A DNA stretch of 64,000 nucleotides from a virus. Position 1 is the stretch's first letter, and every line of letters begins with the position of its first letter. The stretch lies in the IMG/VR virus record IMGVR_UViG_3300004481_000389; one strand, given 5' to 3'. Shown here piece after piece: positions 7,306 to 16,758 of the stretch. The position numbers and the translations under genes were made by a program. The notes below the pieces were generated by a model that saw nothing but the letters and a program-made list of their open reading frames with translations, made no database searches and had not been told where the DNA came from.

Positions 7306-8958
7306 ATGCCTGCTCGTCAATACCACAAGCAATCCACTATTCAAGCTGATAACTTTCTTAGTGGTCTTAAAGACAACGCTCAGACAACTACAGGTACATT
7401 TGATAGTGCTGCAGCTGAATCATTTGTAAATGAAGCTTTAAGCCAAAACACTATCGAAGTGCCAGCAACATTACAGGGCGTATTAGATTCTGTAAGCGAC
7501 AAAGAATCAGGCTATGTCCTACGCGCTATTCTTGATGGTGCTGCTGCTTATGAAGCTGCTCACGGCCAATCAATGCCAGCTGACGTATTAGAACAAGCAT
7601 TACATTCTGCTTATTCAACTACGCCAGAAGGCCAAAAGGCGGCGCTGGATTCTACAGGTAACAGCCTACAGTCTGCACAGTCTTACCAGTCTAACCGTGC
7701 GATTGTAGCGATTTTAACGACAACTACAGAAGCCATCCCATTTGTTCACTACTTACCAGCTGATATTAAGTCTAACCAGGCTAAATTAGCGATTCTTGAA
7801 CACGTAACCGGATCTGAAAGCGGCCTTTATAAAGAAAGCAGCTTATTGGACGGCGCGCATTCTGGTGATCGTTATATTAGCTCTGCACGTGATCACGTTT
7901 TAACTCACGGTGAAGGTGGTGCCTTAACAGGTAAAATCACTGCAAATCAAGCAACGGCTGATACCTGTGATCCGCAAGGTAAAGCGGTAAAACTGGTTCG
8001 TGGTGCAACAATCATTTATGTGAATGGTTTGAAAGCGGCTCAAGAAGTTGGCTCGAAGTCTGTTAATTCACCGATTGCGGGCGCTGTAACGATTGGCAAT
8101 ACCAGCTATGCAATCAGCGGTAGCGTAAACACAGATAACGGTGAAATTACACTTGCTGTTAATCCAGCATTGCCGACCTCTGTTGAAGTGCTTGCGGAAG
8201 GTTTTATTGATTATGAGCGTCAAGAAGATCTAACGCCTTCAATCATCACAACCGTTGAAACTTTTGATCTGTTTGCGAACTCATGGAGAGCTTTGACTCG
8301 TCAATCAATCGATTCACGTACTCAAATGGCTAACGAATTGGGCTTAGATTCATATTCGGAAGGCGTGATCGCTATTCAGGCTCAATTTGCAAATGAACGT
8401 CATTATGACGTAATCCGTAAAGCGCGCCGTGTCGCGGTATGTAACCGTGAAACTTTCGATTTCAACTGGGTTGGTGCTGGTGATTACAAAGTACGTGCTG
8501 ATATTTGGCGCGACTTCTCATCTGCTTTAGGTGCTGTTTCTCAAAAAATGGCGCTTTTAACGATGAATCACGGCGTAACCCATTTATACGTTGGTGAAAA
8601 GATTGCAGCTCAAATGCAAGGCCTACCAGCTGACATTTGGCAGCCTAGCGGTATCTCTGCACGTCCTGGTATCTACCGTGCTGGCCGTCTATTCGGCAAA
8701 TACGATGTGTACTACACGCCTCGCGGTGTTCATGAAGATGCAGAAGGCGCTGAAATCCTTTGTATCGGTCAGGCAAGTGACGTAACTCGTAACGCATTCA
8801 TCTTGGGTGATGCTGTTGCTCCGACTGTTATCCCTCTAGCAACTAACTCTGACCTGAAAACAGGTGCGGGTTACTACGCTCGTAACTTCACAGCTGTAAA
8901 CCCTCATAAGCATTCTGCTCAGGGTGCGGCTCTAATCACAGTAACTAACTTGTTCTAA
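7306..8958 (+). CDS. putative major capsid protein
   Basis: 550 aa. Codon use is markedly expression-optimised (cgt/ggt/gct/aaa). GGAG RBS. Lies just upstream of the sheath gene. No capsid motif recognised, so this is a context call. Confidence 0.4.
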   Translation: MPARQYHKQSTIQADNFLSGLKDNAQTTTGTFDSAAAESFVNEALSQNTIEVPATLQGVLDSVSDKESGYVLRAILDGAAAYEAAHGQSMPADVLEQALHSAYSTTPEGQKAALDSTGNSLQSAQSYQSNRAIVAILTTTTEAIPFVHYLPADIKSNQAKLAILEHVTGSESGLYKESSLLDGAHSGDRYISSARDHVLTHGEGGALTGKITANQATADTCDPQGKAVKLVRGATIIYVNGLKAAQEVGSKSVNSPIAGAVTIGNTSYAISGSVNTDNGEITLAVNPALPTSVEVLAEGFIDYERQEDLTPSIITTVETFDLFANSWRALTRQSIDSRTQMANELGLDSYSEGVIAIQAQFANERHYDVIRKARRVAVCNRETFDFNWVGAGDYKVRADIWRDFSSALGAVSQKMALLTMNHGVTHLYVGEKIAAQMQGLPADIWQPSGISARPGIYRAGRLFGKYDVYYTPRGVHEDAEGAEILCIGQASDVTRNAFILGDAVAPTVIPLATNSDLKTGAGYYARNFTAVNPHKHSAQGAALITVTNLF

Positions 8959-8970
8959 TTGGGTGCGCCA

Positions 8971-9561
8971 ATGACTAAGAAAATTGACATTGGCGCTTCA
9001 ATTTCAAGCAGAACAGATGCGAGTTCAACTGTTGAGAATGTTTTTAGTGCTGAGGAATTTCCCTGCACTTTAAGCGTTCAAAATCACACAGTAACCCGTC
9101 TGGTATTGCCTGAATTGAAGGGCCTAGACATTCCAGGCATGAGCATCAAAGAAGCTCAATTTAACGATATTGGCGTATTAAAGCGCGTGGTATCAAGCCT
9201 GGCTCAAATCTCACGACTAAACAATTTCACGGCTATCGCAACGATTTGTGCGCCTGAATTTCTGGAAAACCAAAATGCTCAAGAAAGTGAAGGCCAGACT
9301 GAAACTGACGTTACACCGTCTACTTTACAAGGCGGCGAAGAAAGCACTGAAACTGACGTATTGGGCGCAGGGGAGACTACTCCTACTCAGGATCTTGAAG
9401 TCAAAGCCACAGTAATTGAAGAACTGCCAGGCGGCGTTTTGCGTGTAGCTGTTGGTGAAACACAGTTTGAAGTGAAAAAAAACCAGTTACGTGAAAACGG
9501 GACTTTAACCGCTGGCGGTATCTCTGCATACCAGGTAGCACAAAATACTACGAATGAATAA
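8971..9561 (+). CDS. hypothetical acidic virion protein
   Basis: The ORF track starts at a TTG at 8959. An ATG at 8971 is more likely. The central region is E/T-rich. Confidence 0.5.
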   Translation: MTKKIDIGASISSRTDASSTVENVFSAEEFPCTLSVQNHTVTRLVLPELKGLDIPGMSIKEAQFNDIGVLKRVVSSLAQISRLNNFTAIATICAPEFLENQNAQESEGQTETDVTPSTLQGGEESTETDVLGAGETTPTQDLEVKATVIEELPGGVLRVAVGETQFEVKKNQLRENGTLTAGGISAYQVAQNTTNE

Positions 9562-9569
9562 GGTGTGAA

Positions 9570-11207
9570 ATGACAACTTCTTTTGTACGCGCTTTGGGGG
9601 AACAATCGGGCGTTCAGCTTAACCCTCTAGGTGATAATTCTGAAATGCCCACTACAGGCACGGCAGATCAAAATTTAGCAATTGCAATGCGCGCTACACG
9701 TGGCCGTATTGATAAGGCTTTCTCTGTTGATGGTTCAAACTTCTACAAGCGTTTGGGTTATGGCGAAACTTTAAGAGCAAATGCACTCAATGAGGCCTGG
9801 ATTCATGTGCAAGAAGCACTGACCAATGGTACAGCTCAGGCAGTAGTCACTCGTATGGTTGGTTCAGATGCTCAAAACAAGTGGATGACGATCTCTATTG
9901 ATAAAGCTACAAATGCGATTAGCTTTGCTGTTTCGGATGCACAAAGCCCTGAAAGCTACGATATTGCAGTTAAGCATTTAGAGTGTTTTAACGATGGCAT
10001 TCGATTGTCTATTCATGCTGATGAAAACCGTTTAGGCGGCCAGCTGGCGGCAAATGATTATGTAACTTTAATGTTGTCTGATTCAAAAGGCGTAAAGCTT
10101 TATGAGTTCTCAGGTTCACTAACCGAAGGATCTCAGGATGATTACGGCAATTCTGATTATCTGCCTGATGTGATCGAAGCATTAACAGATAACGTTGAAG
10201 TTATGGTTGCAAAAAGCATAACGATTGCTCCTGCATCTAAAGCCTATGGCTTTGATGAAAACGGCGAAACAAGCTGGGCAACTTCTGGTCTACTTAGCTA
10301 TTTCAGCGAAGGTGTGGTCGGTGATTACACAACTGAAACTTATGTGCAAGCGCGTGAAAATCTGGAAAAAACACAGCTGCAATATCGCTATATTGCTTCT
10401 GGTGGTACTAAAGCGCCTGGCCTATTAAGTCAGTTAATGACTTTGGCATTCAATACCAATCGTCAGTTACGTTTTGACATTGATGGGACCTTAACGCCAG
10501 AACAGGCCATTGCGTTTATTGAATCTATCAATCCGTATGGTGCCAAAGCATCACACCTTATTCATGCGTACTGGACCCCGTTAAAGACTAACGACCCAAG
10601 CGGCGTAAACGGTAAAAGCTATATCGGTACGTCTGGCCTGAATATTGGTCTTGCATGTGGCCGTAACGCTGCAAAAAATGCAAAAGGTTTTGCTCCTAAA
10701 AACTACCCAGTGGCGGGCCGTATGTTCCCGGTCAATCGCTCAGGTATCGTGCAAACTTACACGCCAAGTAACCCGGAATTAAACCAGCTTGCAGCTGCAA
10801 AAATTAACCCGGTGATTTATGAATCTTATGAGACAGGCGGCTTGTATGTTTTCCGTGATTCATTAACTTGCGCGCCTGTAAAAAACAGCTTACGCAAACT
10901 GATTGCCGTGGCTGAAATGTCCACTTCCGTTGATGATGCTGTCACGGGTACTGCAAAAATGTACTTGCAGCTGCCTATGGCAACCGCTGTTAAACGTATG
11001 AACGACTGGCTGAAAGGCTACCTAGAAGGCGCAGAAGCGGCTGAATGGATTACGCCATCAAATGATCCAACTATGGGCGGTGCTTCATTCCGTTATGAAG
11101 TGAAGCCGAATGCAGCCAATCCATACGATCAAATGGACGTTAATTACTGGGTGCATTATGACGGTACAGCGCGTCAAATCTTTGCTACTCAAACATTGTC
11201 TAAATAA
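9570..11207 (+). CDS. tail sheath protein
   Basis: 545 aa. The C-terminal ~170 aa follow the sheath C-domain pattern (NQLAAAKINPVIYE..GGLYVFRDSLT...LRKLIAVAEM...WLKGYLEG...FRYEV...VNYWVHYDGTARQI). Confidence 0.6.
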   Translation: MTTSFVRALGEQSGVQLNPLGDNSEMPTTGTADQNLAIAMRATRGRIDKAFSVDGSNFYKRLGYGETLRANALNEAWIHVQEALTNGTAQAVVTRMVGSDAQNKWMTISIDKATNAISFAVSDAQSPESYDIAVKHLECFNDGIRLSIHADENRLGGQLAANDYVTLMLSDSKGVKLYEFSGSLTEGSQDDYGNSDYLPDVIEALTDNVEVMVAKSITIAPASKAYGFDENGETSWATSGLLSYFSEGVVGDYTTETYVQARENLEKTQLQYRYIASGGTKAPGLLSQLMTLAFNTNRQLRFDIDGTLTPEQAIAFIESINPYGAKASHLIHAYWTPLKTNDPSGVNGKSYIGTSGLNIGLACGRNAAKNAKGFAPKNYPVAGRMFPVNRSGIVQTYTPSNPELNQLAAAKINPVIYESYETGGLYVFRDSLTCAPVKNSLRKLIAVAEMSTSVDDAVTGTAKMYLQLPMATAVKRMNDWLKGYLEGAEAAEWITPSNDPTMGGASFRYEVKPNAANPYDQMDVNYWVHYDGTARQIFATQTLSK

Positions 11208-11223
11208 TAGGGGGATCATTTAA

Positions 11224-11934
11224 ATGACTACTTTGACCGATCTTTTACGCACTCAGCTCTATGGCAAAAAGCCTGAAAATGGGGCAGCTGCAGCGGTTAA
11301 ACCTGTCCTGGACAGCGCCAAAACTGAAAAAGAACAAGCGGCTTTAGATTCAGCGGAAGGCTACGAATTGGCTGCAATTGCACAGCAAGCAGTAGCCGCA
11401 ATTCACCAGTGGATCGAGACAGATGATCTTGATTCAGGCGAAACCATGGCCGACCGCTTAATGGGCCTATTTGTTGGGATCGCTGATTCTAATAAAGATG
11501 GTGAGCTTGATGATGATGAACAGGAAATCGTTGAAGCTGCTTTAAGTGCTGCATGGGATTACCTGGAAGGCATGGGCGTGGACGAAAGCGATATTTCAGC
11601 ATTATTGAATGATTGGGATGACGCAGTGGCCAACAACGTGATTGACCTGGTAGCAACCAGCTTGCCGGAAGGTGAAGATGCAGCGGATCAGGTGATTGCC
11701 AAGTTTGCTTTTGGTGATGACGATCAAGAGGCTGTATTTGATGCGACCTATGCAAAGCGTACTGCATTCCGTCACGGCAAGAAGGTTCGCATTAATAAGC
11801 GTATTGCTGGCTCAGTTCGATTGACTGCTAAGCAAAAGGTGGCGATTCGCAAAATGCAGCTTAAATCGCATTCTGCTAAAGCACGTGCTGGACGTTTAAA
11901 AAGCTTTAAAGCTCGCAAAAACGCGGGTCTATAA
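11224..11934 (+). CDS. acidic protein with a canonical EF-hand loop and a very basic C-terminal tail
   Basis: DSNKDGELDDDE fits D-x-N-x-D-G-x-L-x-x-x-E. The last ~60 aa are K/R-rich. Confidence 0.5.
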   Translation: MTTLTDLLRTQLYGKKPENGAAAAVKPVLDSAKTEKEQAALDSAEGYELAAIAQQAVAAIHQWIETDDLDSGETMADRLMGLFVGIADSNKDGELDDDEQEIVEAALSAAWDYLEGMGVDESDISALLNDWDDAVANNVIDLVATSLPEGEDAADQVIAKFAFGDDDQEAVFDATYAKRTAFRHGKKVRINKRIAGSVRLTAKQKVAIRKMQLKSHSAKARAGRLKSFKARKNAGL

Positions 11935-11954
11935 GCAGCATTACACATAAAAAA

Positions 11955-11979
11955 AGGCGATTAATTTCGCCTTTTTTTT
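11955..11979 (+). terminator. rho-independent terminator
   Basis: aggcga-ttaatt-tcgcct followed by T8. Confidence 0.8.
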
Positions 11980-11991
11980 CAGGAGAATTTT

Positions 11992-12879
11992 ATGTCTTTA
12001 TTTGATAAGGCAGCATCGGCGGTCAGTTCAGCTAAATCAGCTGGTACCAGTTTTATTAAGGACAAAATAAACGGGGTCGGCGGGGTGCGTGGTCTGGCCA
12101 CACTGGGCATTAACTCACTGATCAATCAGGCCTCCGCTATGGTCCTGGGTCCTGGTCCCTGGGATAACCTTAACCCCAACTTACTTGCGACCATTTATGA
12201 GGTGGACCATAACGGCCATATCATCCCTGGTACCGCAGTAATCCAGGCACCATTTTCAGAAGATGTAACCATTGAAGCAAGCTTGAACTGGCAAAGTCCT
12301 TTTGAGGGGGCGGGCGCAGAAAGCAAGGCCCCGGCGCTTATGTCTATGCTGCAATCCGGCGCATTCCAGCCACTTATTGACAGTATTGGCGGTAAAACTA
12401 AGGAGGTTTTGCAAAATACGGTAGATGAAGCCAGGGGAAGAACAGGTATTACCAAGTTGAACTCAACCCAGGTGTTTTCTGGTATGCCGCCTATGAAGAT
12501 CCAGGGCAATCTGATATTGCGCGCTTGGGAAAATCCAGTAAAAGAGGTCGAAAATCCACTTGATACTTTAATGAAGTGGTCATTGCCCTATTTCCTTGCG
12601 CCAGAAGGCACTTTGCTAAGTAATGCTGTGAATTTTGCTCAGGGAAATGGCAAGACTTTAATCGAGACAATCATGCCATCCGAAGCCCCGCCAATGGTTG
12701 CACTGACCTATAAGGGCCGTACTTATGGGCCGCTGGTGATTGAGAGTATTAACTTGCCGATAGGCAGTCCGGTTGATGTAAATGGTAACTTTACCAATAT
12801 GTTGATCCCGGTGACATTCTCAACATTAACTGCAATCGATGGTAATGACTGGATGAAATACAGTACAGCAGGTTTTTAA
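11992..12879 (+). CDS. virion (tail-module) structural protein
   Basis: 295-aa ORF after the sheath gene. Exact role not assignable. Confidence 0.5.
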   Translation: MSLFDKAASAVSSAKSAGTSFIKDKINGVGGVRGLATLGINSLINQASAMVLGPGPWDNLNPNLLATIYEVDHNGHIIPGTAVIQAPFSEDVTIEASLNWQSPFEGAGAESKAPALMSMLQSGAFQPLIDSIGGKTKEVLQNTVDEARGRTGITKLNSTQVFSGMPPMKIQGNLILRAWENPVKEVENPLDTLMKWSLPYFLAPEGTLLSNAVNFAQGNGKTLIETIMPSEAPPMVALTYKGRTYGPLVIESINLPIGSPVDVNGNFTNMLIPVTFSTLTAIDGNDWMKYSTAGF

Positions 12880-13631
12880 TGTTATTTATCCCGGTTTTAC
12901 GCACTGCACGTTTTACCCTGGCACTTAAAGAAATCGCCATGCTTAACGCTATTAAGCTGGCGAATATGCCCGAAAGCCAGGCAGAGCAGCAAACGACCTT
13001 TTTGATTAACGCAATTACTGAAAATGTCGAAGGTCTTGAGAATCCGCTTCATTGGACGGTTCAAGAAAGAATGCTTTGTGTTGGTCACTATATTGCGGCC
13101 ACACAGGATGAAAGCCCTGATTTTGCAATCGGTGAGGCTCGTTTCTCAAACTATCTTCAAGCCGAAAAGCAATACCAGCACGATATTTGTGATCTAGGTG
13201 AATATGAGGAAGATCATTGGACTGCAGTACCGTTACTGGGGGTGATGGCTGAAACCATTGAGCGCCTGGAAGGTGCCATCGAAGGCATTGAAAGCCGTAC
13301 ACACTGGTATTTAGGCTGCATGGCTTGTCAATTGATCCCGAACGGCGCAGCACTCGATTATGAAAGCCACAACTATGAAGCTCAGGTGCTTGAGCGCATG
13401 GTGGTGTTATCTCAAATACCTGAAACCAACTTTTTACACCTTATGGGTTTGCTGACCAAAGCACACCAATATTTTAACCATATCTTTGATATTGCCATTA
13501 CTGATGTTGGTATTGCTGTATTGCCGAGAGAGGGGGAGGCAGACTTGCCGTATGCCCGATTTCCAGCTCATACCGCAATCACAACAATATCGCAGCAGCT
13601 TAGTGGAAAATCTCACCTTTCTGGCTCATAA
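12879..13631 (+). CDS. hypothetical tail-module protein, possible assembly chaperone
   Basis: 250-aa acidic ORF. Its 3' end overlaps the ORF at 13486-13848, which is open in the +1 frame. Confidence 0.45.
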   Translation: MLFIPVLRTARFTLALKEIAMLNAIKLANMPESQAEQQTTFLINAITENVEGLENPLHWTVQERMLCVGHYIAATQDESPDFAIGEARFSNYLQAEKQYQHDICDLGEYEEDHWTAVPLLGVMAETIERLEGAIEGIESRTHWYLGCMACQLIPNGAALDYESHNYEAQVLERMVVLSQIPETNFLHLMGLLTKAHQYFNHIFDIAITDVGIAVLPREGEADLPYARFPAHTAITTISQQLSGKSHLSGS

Positions 13632-13848
13632 CATCAGCATATATTCCAACACAAGTCTTATTGATGCTTTCAACTTGACCGAATCCCAGGCCGACCAATT
13701 CTTAGAAGGGAAGGCATTTAAAGATTGGGTCAAAGTGAAGGAATCAGAGCAGAAGTTGCAAGCTGCTTTAGGTGATCGTATTAACGGCGTGATCCGAGCT
13801 TGTGGAGTAATTGTTAAGGCTGTTTCTAATCTATCAAAAGTCAGATAG
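13486..13848 (+). CDS. overlapping +1-frame ORF with uncertain start, possible frameshift extension
   Basis: The frame stays open for 217 nt beyond the upstream stop and has no ATG after 13552. Confidence 0.3.
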   Translation: MILPLLMLVLLYCRERGRQTCRMPDFQLIPQSQQYRSSLVENLTFLAHNISIYSNTSLIDAFNLTESQADQFLEGKAFKDWVKVKESEQKLQAALGDRINGVIRACGVIVKAVSNLSKVR

Positions 13849-13868
13849 AGCAGCATGTAGGTATTGTT

Positions 13869-14288
13869 ATGACAGAGCCAGCAAGTGCATCTGGTTTGAC
13901 TGTGGCGGCGGGAGTGGGTTTAGCCTCACTTCTACCGTTCGTCAACGGGGATGCTTTAATCGGGGCGGTTTTAGGGGCGGCTGTGGTGGCCATCCATACT
14001 AAAGACGCAGTTTGGTATTTAAAAATTGTGGGGTTATTCCTTTCAAGTCTATGTGGTTATTTCTTTGCGCCTGATGCCCAGGTGCTTATCAATGTCTTTC
14101 TCAGTAAATTCTTTGGATTTGAAATTAAGAGCATTGCAGTAGTTAGTTGCTTACTCGCAGTAGTAAGTGTTCCTTTCCTTAAAAAATTGTCTGATTGGGC
14201 TTATAGATTTGATTTAGCTGGCGCTATTGATAGCTATATCGAGAAACGTATGGCCGCCAAAAAAGACAAGGAACAAAAGGGGGAGTAA
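13869..14288 (+). CDS. holin-like membrane protein
   Basis: 139 aa with 3-4 hydrophobic helices and a charged C-terminus. Lies immediately upstream of the endolysin. Confidence 0.55.
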   Translation: MTEPASASGLTVAAGVGLASLLPFVNGDALIGAVLGAAVVAIHTKDAVWYLKIVGLFLSSLCGYFFAPDAQVLINVFLSKFFGFEIKSIAVVSCLLAVVSVPFLKKLSDWAYRFDLAGAIDSYIEKRMAAKKDKEQKGE

Positions 14289-14291
14289 ACA

Positions 14292-14588
14292 ATGATGGAA
14301 TTTATCCCGTTATTTACTGCAATCTTGAAAGTCTGCATAGGCTTACGTGTTCTTGCTTTCACCTCTACTCATCACCGGATCAAGCGGATCTATTCAATCC
14401 TGGCAGTGGCCTTTGTGGGCTATTTCCTGGGGAGTGCTATTGCCATCCTGGTGAATGGCCAGCTTGTGACTGTTTCAGAGCTTATTGTCACCTTCATTTT
14501 GACGATCCTTGTCTTTATCGCACAAGGGAATGTGGCAGAGCTATTCCGTGGAATTACTAAATTATTGGGGCGCAAAGATGAATATTGA
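14292..14588 (+). CDS. holin/antiholin-like membrane protein
   Basis: 98 aa with three predicted TM helices and a charged tail. Its stop overlaps the endolysin start. Confidence 0.55.
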   Translation: MMEFIPLFTAILKVCIGLRVLAFTSTHHRIKRIYSILAVAFVGYFLGSAIAILVNGQLVTVSELIVTFILTILVFIAQGNVAELFRGITKLLGRKDEY

Positions 14589-15123
14589 TAAGGCAATTGA
14601 TGATCTTATTAAAATCGAAGGCGGTTATGTAAATAACCCTAAAGATCGTGGCGGTGAAACCAATTTCGGTATTACTGTTCAAACGGCCCGTGACCATGGT
14701 TATAAGGGCGCAATGCGTGATCTACCTCTATCGGTTGCAAAAGCCATTTACCTAAAAACTTACTGGACGGGTCCACGTTTCGACCAGGTGGCCAAGATCA
14801 GTCCAGGTATTGCCGAAGAACTATTTGATACAGGCGTGAATTGCGGTGTTGGCTTTGCTAAACCTTTATTACAGCGTGTTTTGAATCTGCTTAATCAGCA
14901 ACAAAAAGTCTATAAGGATCTAACGGTAGACGGCGTGTATGGTCCAAAAACTTTACAGGCCTTAGAGCTGACTTTAAGCAAACGTGGCCGTGATGGTGAG
15001 CTGGTAATTTTGCGAATGCTGAACAGCTTGCAAGGTGCGCGCTATATCGATCTAGCCGAAAAGCGGGAAAGCCAGGAAGAATTTATTTTCGGGTGGTTCC
15101 GTGCCAGGGTGGTAATGCCGTGA
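14578..15123 (+). CDS. endolysin, GH108-type with a C-terminal peptidoglycan-binding domain
   Basis: IKIEGGYVNNPKDRGGETNFGIT is the GH108 signature. The likely start is the ATG at 14578; the ORF track starts at 14509. Confidence 0.8.
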   Translation: MNIDKAIDDLIKIEGGYVNNPKDRGGETNFGITVQTARDHGYKGAMRDLPLSVAKAIYLKTYWTGPRFDQVAKISPGIAEELFDTGVNCGVGFAKPLLQRVLNLLNQQQKVYKDLTVDGVYGPKTLQALELTLSKRGRDGELVILRMLNSLQGARYIDLAEKRESQEEFIFGWFRARVVMP

Positions 15124-15533
15124 TCAGAGCATTAATAGGCTCGTTATGCGCCGCTATTGTGGTGCTGGCTATTACTGCTATCTGTCTTTATGGGTGGGGT
15201 CAGAGAAACGCCAATCAGGCGCTTAAATCTGACCGCAGCCTTGAGATAGAAAAGGGCGTTTCTAGTGACTTACGTGTAAGCCTGGAAGTCGCCCAAAAAT
15301 CAAATAGCGACCTGGTGGGCCAGCTGCAGCAAGAACGTGAATTGGTCCAGAAATACCAGGTAAAAACAGCCAGTTTAAATAAAGAACTTTTGTCGAAACA
15401 AGAAACTATCAGGATATTAGAACGTGAAGATAAAGCCTTTCATGATTGGAGTAACACTCCTTTGCCTATCAGTGCTATCGGGTTGTTCGCTACTGCCGGA
15501 AAAGGACCCGCCAATCGTGATAACCCGGACTGA
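15093..15533 (+). CDS. i-spanin (Rz-like)
   Basis: N-terminal TM helix (ALIGSLCAAIVVLAITAICLYGW) plus a coiled coil. The start may be the GTG at 15120, which overlaps the endolysin stop. Confidence 0.65.
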   Translation: MVPCQGGNAVIRALIGSLCAAIVVLAITAICLYGWGQRNANQALKSDRSLEIEKGVSSDLRVSLEVAQKSNSDLVGQLQQERELVQKYQVKTASLNKELLSKQETIRILEREDKAFHDWSNTPLPISAIGLFATAGKGPANRDNPD

Positions 15534-15720
15534 ATACATTACCTGTCCAATTATCTCAAGATGCGATAAAAATGACCCCGTAATGGCCGTAAATGGTGAT
15601 TTATTGCAGGGTTATATTCTGGTGAAGCATGAGCGTGATCAATGTTCTCTATTGGTTGATCTAATCGTGGATTGCCAGCTTGAACACAGGGTAGCCCAGA
15701 GTGCGAATGTGGAAAACTAG
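15424..15720 (+). CDS. o-spanin lipoprotein (Rz1-like), overlapping architecture
   Basis: Lipobox LSGC in MKIKPFMIGVTLLCLSVLSGCS. It starts inside the i-spanin gene in another frame. Confidence 0.65.
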   Translation: MKIKPFMIGVTLLCLSVLSGCSLLPEKDPPIVITRTEYITCPIISRCDKNDPVMAVNGDLLQGYILVKHERDQCSLLVDLIVDCQLEHRVAQSANVEN

Positions 15721-15740
15721 AGCATGACCCTCCTTAAAAG

Positions 15741-15779
15741 GCAGTAATGATGTGCATAAGCATCATTGCTGTTTTTTTT
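15741..15779 (+). terminator. rho-independent terminator after the lysis cassette
   Basis: gcagtaatgatg...catcattgctg followed by T8. Confidence 0.75.
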
Positions 15780-15796
15780 ATTTAAGGTTGTTCAAC

Positions 15797-16297
15797 ATGA
15801 CAGTTTCTACACCGCAGTATTTAAAGGGTTTTAGTGAATCCACTCGCGCCCTGGGTCGCAAGGCCATTAACTCCGACTTCACCATTGAGATTGAAGGTTA
15901 TGAGGGCATGTTCCTTTTAACGAAACAATGCCCGTGGCCAGTGCTTACAACTGGTGGTGAAATTGAAGTCCCGACCCCATTAGGCAGCACGGTATGGGAG
16001 GCTCAACAAGTCAAAACCGCTCAGCAGGGCGCTATTTCATTCCTGGAAACAGCAGCGGGCGATATTGATCAAATGTTGGTCGACCTCATCAAAGATGGTG
16101 GCTATTTCAATGCCAAAATTTATGAAGGTACACCGAAAAAGTACCTACGCTACAAGCGCATTGAAGATTGCTTTATCCAGCTGGACCCAGTGGACCGTGA
16201 CTGGGAAAACCGTTCTCAAGTCTTAACCTTCTCAGGCACGATGTTCTATCACTACTACGGTGATGTAACAGAGGGCAATTCTAAGGATTACCGCTAA
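15797..16297 (+). CDS. tail/baseplate-module protein; its 166 aa is a tube-like size
   Basis: The ATG at 15797 is preferred over the track start at 15752. No firm motif. Confidence 0.45.
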   Translation: MTVSTPQYLKGFSESTRALGRKAINSDFTIEIEGYEGMFLLTKQCPWPVLTTGGEIEVPTPLGSTVWEAQQVKTAQQGAISFLETAAGDIDQMLVDLIKDGGYFNAKIYEGTPKKYLRYKRIEDCFIQLDPVDRDWENRSQVLTFSGTMFYHYYGDVTEGNSKDYR

Positions 16298-16300
16298 TCC

Positions 16301-16750
16301 ATGAAGCTAAATGACATTGTTAAACAGTTTCTCCAAGAGGAACGAAGTGTAGCGGTGTTGTTAGATGAAACCCAAGTAGAAGCTTTGGCAAGATCAGCTG
16401 TGAGCTTCTACTGTGGTTATGCGGATCTAGCATCTTGTCCGAATACCTCGCTTGCCGATATTACCGAGACTACTGAACTATCTATCTCAGAATGGGCGGT
16501 GATTAAGCCGCTATTTCTGCTCTATGTTGAGCGTGAAACCGCTTTGCAAACAGAGGCTACAGGGATGCAGGGCGTGGCGGGTTATGGTCGCAATAGCTCA
16601 GAGGTAAACGGCGAGATTGCTAACTATGAACGTGAATTACCACAAAAGGCTTCATCTAGTGCTGCATTCACCATAGGCGGTGATGAGGCGGCTAATCCCG
16701 ATTCAGTCAATGCTTATTTTCCATTTGGTTTTAATTACCCGATCTACTAA
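16301..16750 (+). CDS. hypothetical tail/baseplate-module protein
   Basis: 149-aa ORF, tightly packed against its neighbours. Confidence 0.5.
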   Translation: MKLNDIVKQFLQEERSVAVLLDETQVEALARSAVSFYCGYADLASCPNTSLADITETTELSISEWAVIKPLFLLYVERETALQTEATGMQGVAGYGRNSSEVNGEIANYERELPQKASSSAAFTIGGDEAANPDSVNAYFPFGFNYPIY

Positions 16751-16758
16751 GGCTGATT

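Noticed and set aside
7260-7349. 29-codon ORF spanning the putative capsid gene start
   Set aside because: It is out of frame with and overlaps the strongly supported 550-aa ORF, and has no RBS. It is probably fortuitous.
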